Assembly: GCA_038317055.1 (NCBI GenBank)
Contig: JBBQBA010000001.1
Location: 152,153-216,152 of the forward strand
DNA from: Candidatus Saccharimonadales bacterium
GTDB taxonomy: Bacteria; Patescibacteriota; Saccharimonadia; Saccharimonadales; DATKHC01
Direction of reading: 5' to 3'
Length of the DNA: 64,000 nucleotides
Below the pieces are notes generated by a model. That model saw only the letters and a list, made by a program, of their open reading frames with translations. It was not told the DNA's origin and made no database searches. Numbering within the stretch: position 1 is the stretch's first letter; each line of letters starts with the position of its first letter. Shown here one piece after another: positions 1-9,279 of this stretch. A program made the position numbers and the translations under genes.

Positions 1-335
1 GGTTTGCTAACCATATCGCCAATTTTGATAATTTCGTACATACCAGATGAAATTTTATATTTTATTTTCTTATTAGTCGATGTTTTAACTTTAATATAAT
101 ATTCATGTTGTATTCCACCATTAGTAATCATATTTATTCCACCATTATTTAAGTTACCTCCATTATTCATAGGTGGCTGATTAACGTTTTCAACAATATT
201 TTTATCTATTACTTCGCCTTCAAACACAATCTCTCTACGTCTTATTGCCAAAATAATTACTATTACTAAAATTGCTGCAAATACCGCACCTATTATGATA
301 GTTGTTGTTGGACTGCTAGTAGTGGTGGTGGTCAT
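1..335 (-). CDS. hypothetical single-pass membrane protein (N-terminal part; ORF runs off window start)
   Basis: Own reading of the minus strand: ATG at 333-335, then open frame to position 1 (MTTTTTSSPTTTIIIGAVFAAILVIVIILAIRRREIVFEG...). One hydrophobic helix. Absent from the ORF track because there is no stop in the window. Confidence 0.45.
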   Translation of the reverse strand, partial: MTTTTTSSPTTTIIIGAVFAAILVIVIILAIRRREIVFEGEVIDKNIVENVNQPPMNNGGNLNNGGINMITNGGIQHEYYIKVKTSTNKKIKYKISSGMYEIIKIGDMVSK

Positions 336-399
336 TAACTTATATCCTTTATTTTTAATACCTTTTATTAAGCATAAGTTTAAAGATAATTTTTTGCAA

Positions 400-425
400 C
401 AAAAAACCTCTGATTTAACAGAGGT
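400..425 (-). terminator. rho-independent terminator downstream of tmRNA
   Basis: Minus strand: ACCTCTG-TTAAAT-CAGAGGT followed by TTTTTTG, starting 11 nt after the tmRNA CCA end. Confidence 0.6.
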
Positions 426-436
426 AATTATAATTT

Positions 437-842
437 TGGTGGAGCTGGCGGAGCACTGCCCTCCGCGTCCGATGAATTATCTTGGCTAATCTTCTACGAG
501 TGTAGATCATTTAAAAATTTCAGAAGCTAGAAAAAAAATGATCAAAAAACTATCTTCCTAAGTCCAAAGTCTTATCAGACCAGAAGGACACTAAGGTCTG
601 GGCATCCAGATAAATTGACATAAATATGCAATATCTGGCGTCAAGCAAATTCATGGCTAAAGATTAAACTCTAGCAAAAGCAGGTGCAGGAGTTGGAACT
701 AATGAATTAACAAAAGCTACAGCTTGACTGCGCAAGCTTGAAATAAATGTTTTTGCATTTATTAAGTTTTGCCGTATAACGCTCAGCACGCGACTCGCCG
801 ATATAGCCGATAAAGTTCAACGTCGAGCTTAAATTCAGCCCC
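437..842 (-). ncRNA. ssrA: tmRNA (SsrA)
   Basis: The minus-strand RNA begins GGGGCTGAATTTAAGCTCGACG and ends GGACGCGGAGGGCAGTGCTCCGCCAGCTCCACCA. 5' GGGGCTG pairs with 3' CAGCTCC, giving the G3:U alanine-identity pair. Both termini match canonical tmRNA ends. Internal candidate tag ORF present. Length 406 nt. Confidence 0.85.
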
Positions 843-902
843 GTAATAACTAATTATAACATATTTATAATGCTTATGAAAGTTGGTTAAAAATTATAAC
901 AT

Positions 903-1376
903 CTAGTGTTGCATTAAATAACTTAAATAATCTAAGTCAGTGGAATGATCCAACCGGCAAACTTTTTTATGTAATTCTTCTAGTAGTTTTATTAGGTCTC
1001 CCCGTTTCTTAGGTGTAAATCCAGCCAAAAGTGTACGATGGTATTTAGCTAATACTTGATCCGTAGCAGCGGCAATTTTTCTACCTTTTGGTGTAATAGC
1101 AATTAATCGTATCCGTTTATTATCGGGATCAACTCTCTTTGTAATTAGATCTCGTGATATCAAAATATCGATTTGTCTACTTATACTAGCTTCTGTTTGT
1201 CCAAGCATATTTGCGATAAAGCGTTGTTTAACAGCTGCATCATCATTAAGGACTCTAATAATTTTATACTGCGAATAGCCTATCCCTAACTGCTCCAGAA
1301 GTATCTGATCAGAGTCTCTTGTCAATAGGGAAGTAATGTGTTGTAATATATAATCTATTTTATTGCTGTTATCCAT
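903..1376 (-). CDS. MarR family transcriptional regulator
   Basis: 157 aa. Winged-HTH pattern LGQTEASISRQIDILISRDLITKRVDPDNKRIRLIAITPKGRK typical of MarR. Confidence 0.85.
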   Translation of the reverse strand: MDNSNKIDYILQHITSLLTRDSDQILLEQLGIGYSQYKIIRVLNDDAAVKQRFIANMLGQTEASISRQIDILISRDLITKRVDPDNKRIRLIAITPKGRKIAAATDQVLAKYHRTLLAGFTPKKRGDLIKLLEELHKKVCRLDHSTDLDYLSYLMQH

Positions 1377-1443
1377 AGATACCTAAAAAGCATATGTTAT
1401 TAATACTTAACATGTCAAGTATTAAACTGAAAGAGCAGGGGAG

Positions 1444-2253
1444 TTATATTAATTTTTTGGCTTCAGCCGATTTATAGACTTTGTACCAATCATTTAAGCT
1501 GAGAACCTGAGGTCTAGTATTTGGGTCTATATTTGCCTGTTCAAGTAGTTCCCTGGCAATATCTTTATCTATTCTAAGACCATTAGATAATGAATTTAGA
1601 AGGGTTTTTCTTCTAGCGGAAAAGCTAACTTTTACTAATCTAAAGAATGCTTTACGATCTATCCCAGGAAATAGCAATTTAGTTCTTCTTATTAATAATA
1701 ATATTTGCGAATCAACCTTAGGTGGAGGTGTAAACATCTTAGCTGGTACAACGGCGTCTAATCCAACATCCCAGAAAAATTGAGTAGTTACGGATAGTAG
1801 AGACATGCTACCTGGAGAAGCAGCTACTCTCTCAGCTACTTCTTTTTGAACAAGTAAAACAATTAATATTGGCGGATTTCCTGTTTCAGACAGTAGTCTT
1901 AATAAGTTACTTGTTAAGTAGTATGGAATATTAGCGACTAACTTGTAGTTCTCCGGTAAGGTAGTCAAATCAAAATTCAATATACTGTCGTTTATTACTC
2001 GTAGATTTTCTGCTTTAACATGATCATTCAAATTGTTGGCTAGTCGATTATCTAATTCTACTGCAATTACGTGATCAGCTTGGGCTGTTAAAAGTTTTGT
2101 TAAGTTACCGTAACCTGGACCAATCTCAAGCACTGTGTCGTTAGATTTTATATCTGCCAGTGAACAAATATTTTCTAATGTTAGTTCGTCTTCCAGCCAA
2201 TGTTGACCAAGTGATTTTCTAGGAATAGGAATGGTAGCCACTTCTACCACCAA
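1444..2253 (-). CDS. rsmA: 16S rRNA (adenine1518/1519-N6)-dimethyltransferase RsmA/KsgA
   Basis: 269 aa. SLGQHWL start motif, SAM motif VLEIGPGYGNLT, and NIPYYLTS motif. Confidence 0.9.
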   Translation of the reverse strand: MVVEVATIPIPRKSLGQHWLEDELTLENICSLADIKSNDTVLEIGPGYGNLTKLLTAQADHVIAVELDNRLANNLNDHVKAENLRVINDSILNFDLTTLPENYKLVANIPYYLTSNLLRLLSETGNPPILIVLLVQKEVAERVAASPGSMSLLSVTTQFFWDVGLDAVVPAKMFTPPPKVDSQILLLIRRTKLLFPGIDRKAFFRLVKVSFSARRKTLLNSLSNGLRIDKDIARELLEQANIDPNTRPQVLSLNDWYKVYKSAEAKKLI

Positions 2254-3461
2254 CCATAGCTGTTTTCGTGAGCTGCTGCACCCGCCCAGCTACCGTATCG
2301 ACTAACTGCATAGCTATTGAAGAAACCAAGCTGACAGACGGCATTGGATTGCCAGTCGGGACAAACAACTGCTAAGCCCGCTACGCCACTACTACCCGGA
2401 CAAGATTGGCCAAGACCAATACATCCTGTTCGACTAATATCATCAGGATTCCAGTGAGTTTCGTGAATCATTACTGTATTTACATAAGAATAATCACCAA
2501 CATTGATACCAGAACTCTTTAGCCAAATAATATTGTTGCCACCAGCTATTGCACTAATACCAGTACCACGTTTAACAATTTGATTCACTGGTGGTGTAAT
2601 AACAACGTTTTGTAGTTGGGCTCCGCTAGTAACATTAGTAACAACTAGTTGTAGACCGTTTGCACCAGTCTGACTTACCTGAGTAACACCATAAGGAACG
2701 GTAGGATCAGAAATTGTTTGTGTAGCAAAAGGGATTACTTGCTGGGTTGAAACTAGTTTTTGTCCAACAGGTACTACAAGTATTTGCAAATTAGGTGTTA
2801 CTGGAGTTGTTAATGCTGGCAGAACATTGTTGCCAGATGAAGTCTTAATCTTGTCTTCATTCAGTAGATCGGCAACAGTTTTTGCATGTGTTCGTTCTGT
2901 TACTTGTGCACCATATAAATTAAGTGAAACAGGTATTGAAGGGTCAATTATTACCTCTTGTCCAAGTACTCCCTGACCTAAATTATCAGCATTGGCAGAA
3001 GTAGTTATATAATCTTGTGGATAAATAGTATAGCCAGCCTGCTGTGCAATTACACGTGGATCGTTTTCTGCAGTAGATATAACCGTTTTAACTCCGTTTT
3101 CCATAACAGTGACAGGATGGACTCGATATATATTAATTTGAAAATTGTTTTCAAGTATTGGAGTGGCAATAGCAGGTTGTATAACATCACCTTTGTTGAT
3201 TTTAATATTTAGTCGATCAAGTAATTCGCCAACTGTAGATGCGGTAGTAGGTATAACTTGGGTATTTCCATTTACTGATAGCTCAACAATCCTAGAATCA
3301 CTAGCACCAACTGTCTGTCCACTTACATTAATAAATAAACCTATACCTAAAAAGAAAAACACAAAAAACATAATGACCGGTACCATGAAGGGATGTCTTA
3401 AGCGGTGAAACTTAGGCTTCTGATTTGATTTATCTGGTTGTGGTTTCTTTTTCCTTAGCAT
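2244..3461 (-). CDS. secreted DUF348/G5 domain protein (RpfB-like architecture) with Cys/Trp-rich C-terminal domain
   Basis: 405 aa. N-terminal TM/signal anchor, repeated beta-rich DUF348-like segments, G5-like segment (...VPYGVTQVSQTGANGLQLV...VKRGT). C-terminal domain not recognised with certainty. Confidence 0.6.
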   Translation of the reverse strand: MLRKKKPQPDKSNQKPKFHRLRHPFMVPVIMFFVFFFLGIGLFINVSGQTVGASDSRIVELSVNGNTQVIPTTASTVGELLDRLNIKINKGDVIQPAIATPILENNFQINIYRVHPVTVMENGVKTVISTAENDPRVIAQQAGYTIYPQDYITTSANADNLGQGVLGQEVIIDPSIPVSLNLYGAQVTERTHAKTVADLLNEDKIKTSSGNNVLPALTTPVTPNLQILVVPVGQKLVSTQQVIPFATQTISDPTVPYGVTQVSQTGANGLQLVVTNVTSGAQLQNVVITPPVNQIVKRGTGISAIAGGNNIIWLKSSGINVGDYSYVNTVMIHETHWNPDDISRTGCIGLGQSCPGSSGVAGLAVVCPDWQSNAVCQLGFFNSYAVSRYGSWAGAAAHENSYGWW

Positions 3462-3537
3462 AATTAGTACTTTTATCCGTAGATAAGGGCGACTGATATT
3501 ATAATTCCACTCATAAAATAAATAAAAGTACTTGGGT

Positions 3538-4023
3538 TTAGTCTACCAAATACGGTGTTACCATCCAAGCATGTAACAACTGATTAGTAGTATTAGAAAG
3601 CTCAATAGTGTCTATATTTTGTTTCCAAGGTAACCAAATTGATTCAATAATTTCTAAATGTCTAGACGATGTTTCCGTCGGCTTTGGAACATTTACAAAG
3701 TAACAATCTGCGTAATATTTTATGCCCTTTTCACTTAGTAAAACGTTTTTAGATACTAACTTAAGGTCTTTAATATCTACTTCGATATTAGTTTCTTCCT
3801 TTAATTCCCTAGTCGCGGCTTGAGTTGAACTTTCACTTTTTTTAATACCACCTCCTGGCAAACTAAGTTTACCGTCTCCAAGAAATGTACGGACAAATAA
3901 AATTTTATCATCAGACTTAACAATAACTCTAGTTCTATGACTATTTCTTAGTAATAAATATATTGCAGGATATGTAATCCAAAAAATTAAGCTGCCGATT
4001 ATTTTTTTATTATTTACTGTCAT
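3538..4023 (-). CDS. NUDIX hydrolase
   Basis: 161 aa. Nudix box LPGGGIKKSESSTQAATRELKEETNIEV (GX5EX7REUXEEXGU). Confidence 0.85.
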   Translation of the reverse strand: MTVNNKKIIGSLIFWITYPAIYLLLRNSHRTRVIVKSDDKILFVRTFLGDGKLSLPGGGIKKSESSTQAATRELKEETNIEVDIKDLKLVSKNVLLSEKGIKYYADCYFVNVPKPTETSSRHLEIIESIWLPWKQNIDTIELSNTTNQLLHAWMVTPYLVD

Positions 4024-6176
4024 AGTTTTTCTAGTGGAGCAAATGCCATATTAAGTTTTTTAGCACCTCTATTTTTAAAATATACTACTGCACTATCACC
4101 AGATATCTCCATAACTGTTCCTTCACCAAATACTTGATGCCTTACACTATCACCCTCAATCAATTCAATTTGGTATCGAGGCTCATCAGTATTAAATGCA
4201 TTTGGATTAGGAATTGCAGGTTGTTGATTTTGCCAAGATGTTTGGTTGGAATATTGATCTACTTCGAATTCAGCTTCAATATCGCTTAGGAATCTCGACG
4301 GTGGATTATGTTGAACTCCACCATATAAAAGTCGACTACTCGCATATGTTAAATAAAGTTCACGTTTTGCTCTTGTCATACCTACATAGCAAAGCCTTCT
4401 CTCTTCTTCCATATCAAATTGGTCATAAAGTGCTCGACTGTGTGGAAATAATGTTTCTTCCATCCCAACCATGAAAACTACATCAAATTCCAGACCCTTA
4501 GCTGCATGAAGAGTCATTAATGTTACTGCACCTTGGCTCGTATCATAACTATCGACATCACTAACTAGTGAAACTTCTTCTAAAAACCCATCGAGCCCTA
4601 AGTCTTGATATTCTTGTGTCACACTTAATAATTCTTTTACGTTTTCTTGTCTAGATTCTCCTTGAATTGTTCTGTCATCGAGATATGCAAGATAATCTGT
4701 GCGTCGAATTAAACCATCCAATAATTTTGGTAAGCTTATTTCGTCAATTAATTCTCTGCTAGTCTTTAATATATCGTTTAATTCACTAAGCCCTTTTTTG
4801 GCTTTTGGTGTGATACTTGGATGATTGTTTGAATTTTCGAGAGCTTCTTGAAGCGTGAAACTATTACCCCTTTGCCAATCAAAAAAATCATTCAAAGACT
4901 TAGTACCGACTCCACGCCCAGGTACATTTACAATTCGCTCAAAACTTATTCTATCCTCTGGTTGATAAATTAGTCTCAGATACGCCATGATATCTTTAAT
5001 TTCTTTACGATCATAGAATCTCTGACCTCCAACGATTTTATATGGCAAGTTAAATCGTACAAATACTTCCTCAATCGCACGACTCTGAGCATTTGTTCGA
5101 TAAAGTATTGCAAAATCTTGAAAAGAATATAGCTTCGCATCGACAGCGTTTTTAATTCGCATGACTATAGCTTCTGCTTCCGCTCTCTCACCACCAAATT
5201 GCATAACATGAACCGGTGCACCCTCTCCTAGATCTGTCCATAACTTTTTCTCAGATCTCTGAGAATTTTTTTCAATAACGGCGTGTGCTGCATCTAAAAT
5301 AGCCTTAGTACTTCGATAGTTTTGCTCAAGTTTAATAATGCAGGCTTTCGGGTAGTCTTTCTCAAAATTTAGAATATTCTTAAAGTCTGCTCCACGCCAA
5401 GAATAAATAGACTGCCAATCATCACCAACAACAGCAACATTACGACTGTCGTTTACCAGTAGTTTCATCAATTTATATTGTGCCGCATTAGTATCCTGGT
5501 ACTCATCTACCATCATGTACATAAATTGATTGCGCCATCGCTCTCGAACAGCAGAATCTTTTTCAAACAATTTTACAGTTTTGCCAATTAGATCATCGAA
5601 GTCGAGTGCTTTTGCATCTTTCAATATTCGCTCATATACCGGAAACACTTTGGCGGCTGCATCTTGAATTGGACTGTTTGATATAGAAACAAAACTACGT
5701 GAATCCATAAGTTCATTTTTTGCGGAACTTATTATTGAACCAATAGCTCTGGGTGTGAATGTTTTACCATCTATCCCCAATTCCTTTATAGCTTGCTTAA
5801 TTGCTGTCTGTTGATCACTATCATCAAAAATAATGAAATTACGCGGAACTTCTATCGATTCCCCGTCTTGGCGCAAAATTCTCACACAAATACTATGGAA
5901 GGTGCCTAAAAAAGGCATGAATAAACGATTGTTGGGATCTTGGCCGAGTAATTTTGCTACTCGTTCTCTCATCTCTCTAGCTGCTTTATTGGTAAAAGTT
6001 GTAGCCAAAATATTGGCCGGTCCAGCCTTACCTGAAGCAATTATTTGAGCCATTCTGTGAGTTAGTGTCTTGGTTTTACCAGAACCAGCTCCCGCCAAAA
6101 TTAAAAGTGGGCCATCGATTGTTTCGACTGCCCTTTTTTGTTCATCATTTAATCCCAATGTAAAATCTGCTGGCAT
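4020..6176 (-). CDS. pcrA: ATP-dependent DNA helicase PcrA/UvrD (SF1)
   Basis: 718 aa. Walker A AGAGSGKTKTLTHR, DEYQDT, and conserved UvrD motifs through YVGMTRAK. Confidence 0.9.
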   Translation of the reverse strand: MPADFTLGLNDEQKRAVETIDGPLLILAGAGSGKTKTLTHRMAQIIASGKAGPANILATTFTNKAAREMRERVAKLLGQDPNNRLFMPFLGTFHSICVRILRQDGESIEVPRNFIIFDDSDQQTAIKQAIKELGIDGKTFTPRAIGSIISSAKNELMDSRSFVSISNSPIQDAAAKVFPVYERILKDAKALDFDDLIGKTVKLFEKDSAVRERWRNQFMYMMVDEYQDTNAAQYKLMKLLVNDSRNVAVVGDDWQSIYSWRGADFKNILNFEKDYPKACIIKLEQNYRSTKAILDAAHAVIEKNSQRSEKKLWTDLGEGAPVHVMQFGGERAEAEAIVMRIKNAVDAKLYSFQDFAILYRTNAQSRAIEEVFVRFNLPYKIVGGQRFYDRKEIKDIMAYLRLIYQPEDRISFERIVNVPGRGVGTKSLNDFFDWQRGNSFTLQEALENSNNHPSITPKAKKGLSELNDILKTSRELIDEISLPKLLDGLIRRTDYLAYLDDRTIQGESRQENVKELLSVTQEYQDLGLDGFLEEVSLVSDVDSYDTSQGAVTLMTLHAAKGLEFDVVFMVGMEETLFPHSRALYDQFDMEEERRLCYVGMTRAKRELYLTYASSRLLYGGVQHNPPSRFLSDIEAEFEVDQYSNQTSWQNQQPAIPNPNAFNTDEPRYQIELIEGDSVRHQVFGEGTVMEISGDSAVVYFKNRGAKKLNMAFAPLEKL

Positions 6177-6207
6177 GAACTCTTATTTTAGCAAGATACA
6201 GGTTATA

Positions 6208-6642
6208 TTACTTCCCCATTTTTACTTTATATACAAGCAATGCAGCAACAATTAAGATAGCTAATATAATAACGCCGATTATCTTATCAATTGGTTTTTT
6301 CTTATGTACGGAAACCGTATGTTGAGACATAGTTTGCGGACTTTCAGGTGTCTGTGTAGTTGGCTCAATTACAGGGTCCGCTGAGTTGATATCAGGTATA
6401 ACCGGATTTATAGTTGGTTGTTCAGGTAAAACAACTGGTTGAACAGGATTAGCCGGCAAGGTTGCTGATGCAATCGGAATATTTTGTTCGTCAGTAGCAG
6501 GTGGGCTAACTACACTAACCATTGGATCTACCTGAATAGGGTCTGAATTAACTACTGGTCTTGAAGTAGCATCAGGATTTGGTGAACTTTTAATATCGAA
6601 GTATTGTTTTTGGTTTGGATTATTTTTTGTTTGATCTTGCAT
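6208..6642 (-). CDS. proline-rich protein with C-terminal membrane anchor (hypothetical)
   Basis: 144 aa. Low-complexity P/T/Q-rich region, then a hydrophobic helix IIGVIILAILIVAALLVY. No recognisable domain. Confidence 0.5.
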   Translation of the reverse strand: MQDQTKNNPNQKQYFDIKSSPNPDATSRPVVNSDPIQVDPMVSVVSPPATDEQNIPIASATLPANPVQPVVLPEQPTINPVIPDINSADPVIEPTTQTPESPQTMSQHTVSVHKKKPIDKIIGVIILAILIVAALLVYKVKMGK

Positions 6643-6651
6643 TTTTTATTC

Positions 6652-7425
6652 CTATTTTAGACTTAACTGATAAGCTGTCTCCACAATTGATGAGAATTGG
6701 AAATAATTTAAGCTAGCGCCACCGACAAGTGCACCGTCGCAGCCTTCTATTTCTAAATATGCGTGAACATCTTTGTCGTCAACACTTCCCCCATAAATTA
6801 CTCTTACTCGGTCAGAAGCTTTTTTACCATACAACTCTTTAATTTCTACTCGTATATAGTCCATCATACGTTGAGCTTCAAAAGGCTTGGCAAGTTCACC
6901 ATCAAATGTACTTATTGCCCAGACTGGCTCATACGCTATCACCATTTCTTCTACTTCTCTAGCCGTAAGATTACTTAGTGCACTTGTTAGTTGGTCATGA
7001 ATTACTCGTTTACCTTCACCTAGTTTCTTTTCGTGTTTCGTCTCACCAATGCACAATATTGGTACAATATTATTTCGAACGCAAGCGGCAACTTTTTCTC
7101 GAATATCTTCATGTGTCTCATGAAAATAAATTCGTCGCTCAGAATGTCCAATTATTACATAATGAACAAGGTCTTGAAGCATCGTAAAGCTAACTTCACC
7201 CGTGAATGCGCCTTGATCTTTATAATATGCATTTTGCGCTGCAAGCCTAAACTTACGTCTATCAATCTGTAAACTTAGGGGTTGAAGGACTAACATACTT
7301 GGTGATAGTACTATCTCAACCTCACGATGAATTCGAATTCTTTCTTGTAAACGGTGCAGTAATAAACTAGCCTGACTGGCATTCAGATGCATTTTCCAAT
7401 TGGCAACAACTAGTTTTCTACTCAT
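6652..7425 (-). CDS. tpiA: triosephosphate isomerase
   Basis: 257 aa. VANWKMH, IGHSERR and AYEPVWAI motifs. Confidence 0.9.
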   Translation of the reverse strand: MSRKLVVANWKMHLNASQASLLLHRLQERIRIHREVEIVLSPSMLVLQPLSLQIDRRKFRLAAQNAYYKDQGAFTGEVSFTMLQDLVHYVIIGHSERRIYFHETHEDIREKVAACVRNNIVPILCIGETKHEKKLGEGKRVIHDQLTSALSNLTAREVEEMVIAYEPVWAISTFDGELAKPFEAQRMMDYIRVEIKELYGKKASDRVRVIYGGSVDDKDVHAYLEIEGCDGALVGGASLNYFQFSSIVETAYQLSLK

Positions 7426-7449
7426 AATAATTACGCTTATTGTACCATT

Positions 7450-8751
7450 TCAAGAATCTTTATTAATTAATGCTTCAACACCCGGTAGCGGTTTGCCGCT
7501 CATTAGCTCTAGACTTGCTCCACCACCAGTGGAAACATGCCCAAATTTATCGACAAGTTTACGTTCTTCAACGTAACCTACAGTATCTCCTCCACCAACA
7601 ATACTAAATGGCTTATGACCATATTGACCAAGCATTGCGTCTATAACTAATTCAGTGCCGTGTGAAAAAGGTCCAACCGGTCCGCTAATAGGGGCAGTTT
7701 CAGTTACTCCTAATGTACCGTTCCAGATTACTGTACTTGATAGTTGCATTGCCCCTGCAATAAAAGCTCCGGAGAAAGGTCCTATATCCAATATCTGTTC
7801 ATTCTCAGCTATAGTTGAACTAGTAGCTGGTGGTATTTTTGGGTATGATTCAATGTCTGCTATTACGTGTGCTGACCAATCTACAATTCTGGTTGAAGTT
7901 GGATTCTCAATATTATCGGCAACCACACCATCTTGTGGTAGATAAAAGATAAATCTTTGGGTAATGGCTTTTTGTTTGGCTTTTTCTATAATATCTTTTG
8001 CCAAAGGAACATCATCTTTATCGGCTAAGCTACTTCCTATATTTATATCCTCCGCAAGCAAAAAAGTATTAGCCATAGCTCCGCCGACTATAACAACGTC
8101 AGAAATATCTATGAATCGATTTAATATATCTATTTTGTCAGCTATTTTAGCTCCTCCAACTATTGTAAGTAGTGGTCGTTCAGGATTATCCATCGCATTA
8201 GTTATAGTATCCACTTCTTTTTCTAGGAGTATTCCAGCGATACTTGGTAGATGTTTTGTGATTGCCACAGTTGATGCATGGGCCCTATGTACTACTCCAA
8301 AACCATCTTGTACAAAAACTTCACCGTGTTTAGCTAAGTTTGCTGCAAAAGCATCATCATTGGCTTCCTCTTCAGGATGAAAACGAAGATTTTCTAGTAG
8401 AAGCACTTGGCCGCTAATTAATTTGGCCGAAGCATCATCAGCCACCTGACCAATACAGTCTGATGCAAAATTAACCTCAACACCCAATAGTTCACTTAGT
8501 CGCTTGGCAACCGGAGCTAGAGAGCAGCTTTTATCATCTGGTCCTTTAGGTCGACCAAGATGTGAACAAATAACTACAGCGCAGCCTTTTTCAAGTAGAG
8601 CCTTAATAGTTGGTACGGATTTTTGAATACGATAATCGTCAGTTATCTGACCATCTGTTCCAATCGGTACATTATAGTCTGCCCTAACAAGCACTTTCTT
8701 GTTAGCCACATCGTAGTCATTTATAGTTTTTTTATTAAAACTCATACCCAC
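7450..8751 (-). CDS. pgk: phosphoglycerate kinase
   Basis: 433 aa. VLVRADYNVP, SHLGRPKG and STGGGASLE motifs. Confidence 0.92.
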   Translation of the reverse strand: MGMSFNKKTINDYDVANKKVLVRADYNVPIGTDGQITDDYRIQKSVPTIKALLEKGCAVVICSHLGRPKGPDDKSCSLAPVAKRLSELLGVEVNFASDCIGQVADDASAKLISGQVLLLENLRFHPEEEANDDAFAANLAKHGEVFVQDGFGVVHRAHASTVAITKHLPSIAGILLEKEVDTITNAMDNPERPLLTIVGGAKIADKIDILNRFIDISDVVIVGGAMANTFLLAEDINIGSSLADKDDVPLAKDIIEKAKQKAITQRFIFYLPQDGVVADNIENPTSTRIVDWSAHVIADIESYPKIPPATSSTIAENEQILDIGPFSGAFIAGAMQLSSTVIWNGTLGVTETAPISGPVGPFSHGTELVIDAMLGQYGHKPFSIVGGGDTVGYVEERKLVDKFGHVSTGGGASLELMSGKPLPGVEALINKDS

Positions 8752-8809
8752 CTAATTGTTTTATTCTTATGTTTAAGATTTTAACCTAAACACTACCATG
8801 AAAGCTAAT

Positions 8810-9214
8810 CTATATTCGCTCTAGTAATATTACAGGAATAGCTCTTTTAGTTTTCTGTTGATACTCCAAAAAACCAGGATACCGTGAAGCATGCTGTGCG
8901 TAGAGTTTTTTTCTTGTAGCTTCATCTGTTATTTCTGCTTTTGCCTTAAATTTCTCATCGCCCATTTCAACTTCGACCTGATCATTAGCTACTACATTAA
9001 AAAACCAATCTGGATGAGAGTCCGCTCCACCTTTTGAGGCAATAATTACATATTTATCACCCTCTTCTGTATATACAAGTGGAATTATTCGCTTCTTTCC
9101 ACTTTTCGCACCTATAGTGGTTAGAAGAAGTAGAGTGCTTCCATCAAAGGCACCGCCAACTTTTCCATGATTCTTTCTAAATTCTTCAATTACTGAAGTG
9201 TTCCAGTCGCTCAT
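8810..9214 (-). CDS. deazaflavin-dependent nitroreductase/quinone reductase family protein (PF04075-like)
   Basis: 134 aa. IEEFRKNHGKVGG..LLLLTTIGAKSGKKR..GGADSHPDWFFN..YQQKT.R.IPV pattern typical of this family. Confidence 0.7.
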   Translation of the reverse strand: MSDWNTSVIEEFRKNHGKVGGAFDGSTLLLLTTIGAKSGKKRIIPLVYTEEGDKYVIIASKGGADSHPDWFFNVVANDQVEVEMGDEKFKAKAEITDEATRKKLYAQHASRYPGFLEYQQKTKRAIPVILLERI

Positions 9215-9279
9215 AATTTATCTACCTAACTTTTTAAATTGAATACTATACTAAGTATACCAATCGAAATAAATTATGA

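Noticed and set aside
295-489. Track ORF 295..489 (+), 64 aa
   Set aside because: It overlaps the tmRNA 3' domain and terminator and lies antisense to the better minus-strand ORF start. The hydrophobic poly-Val product is typical of chance ORFs.
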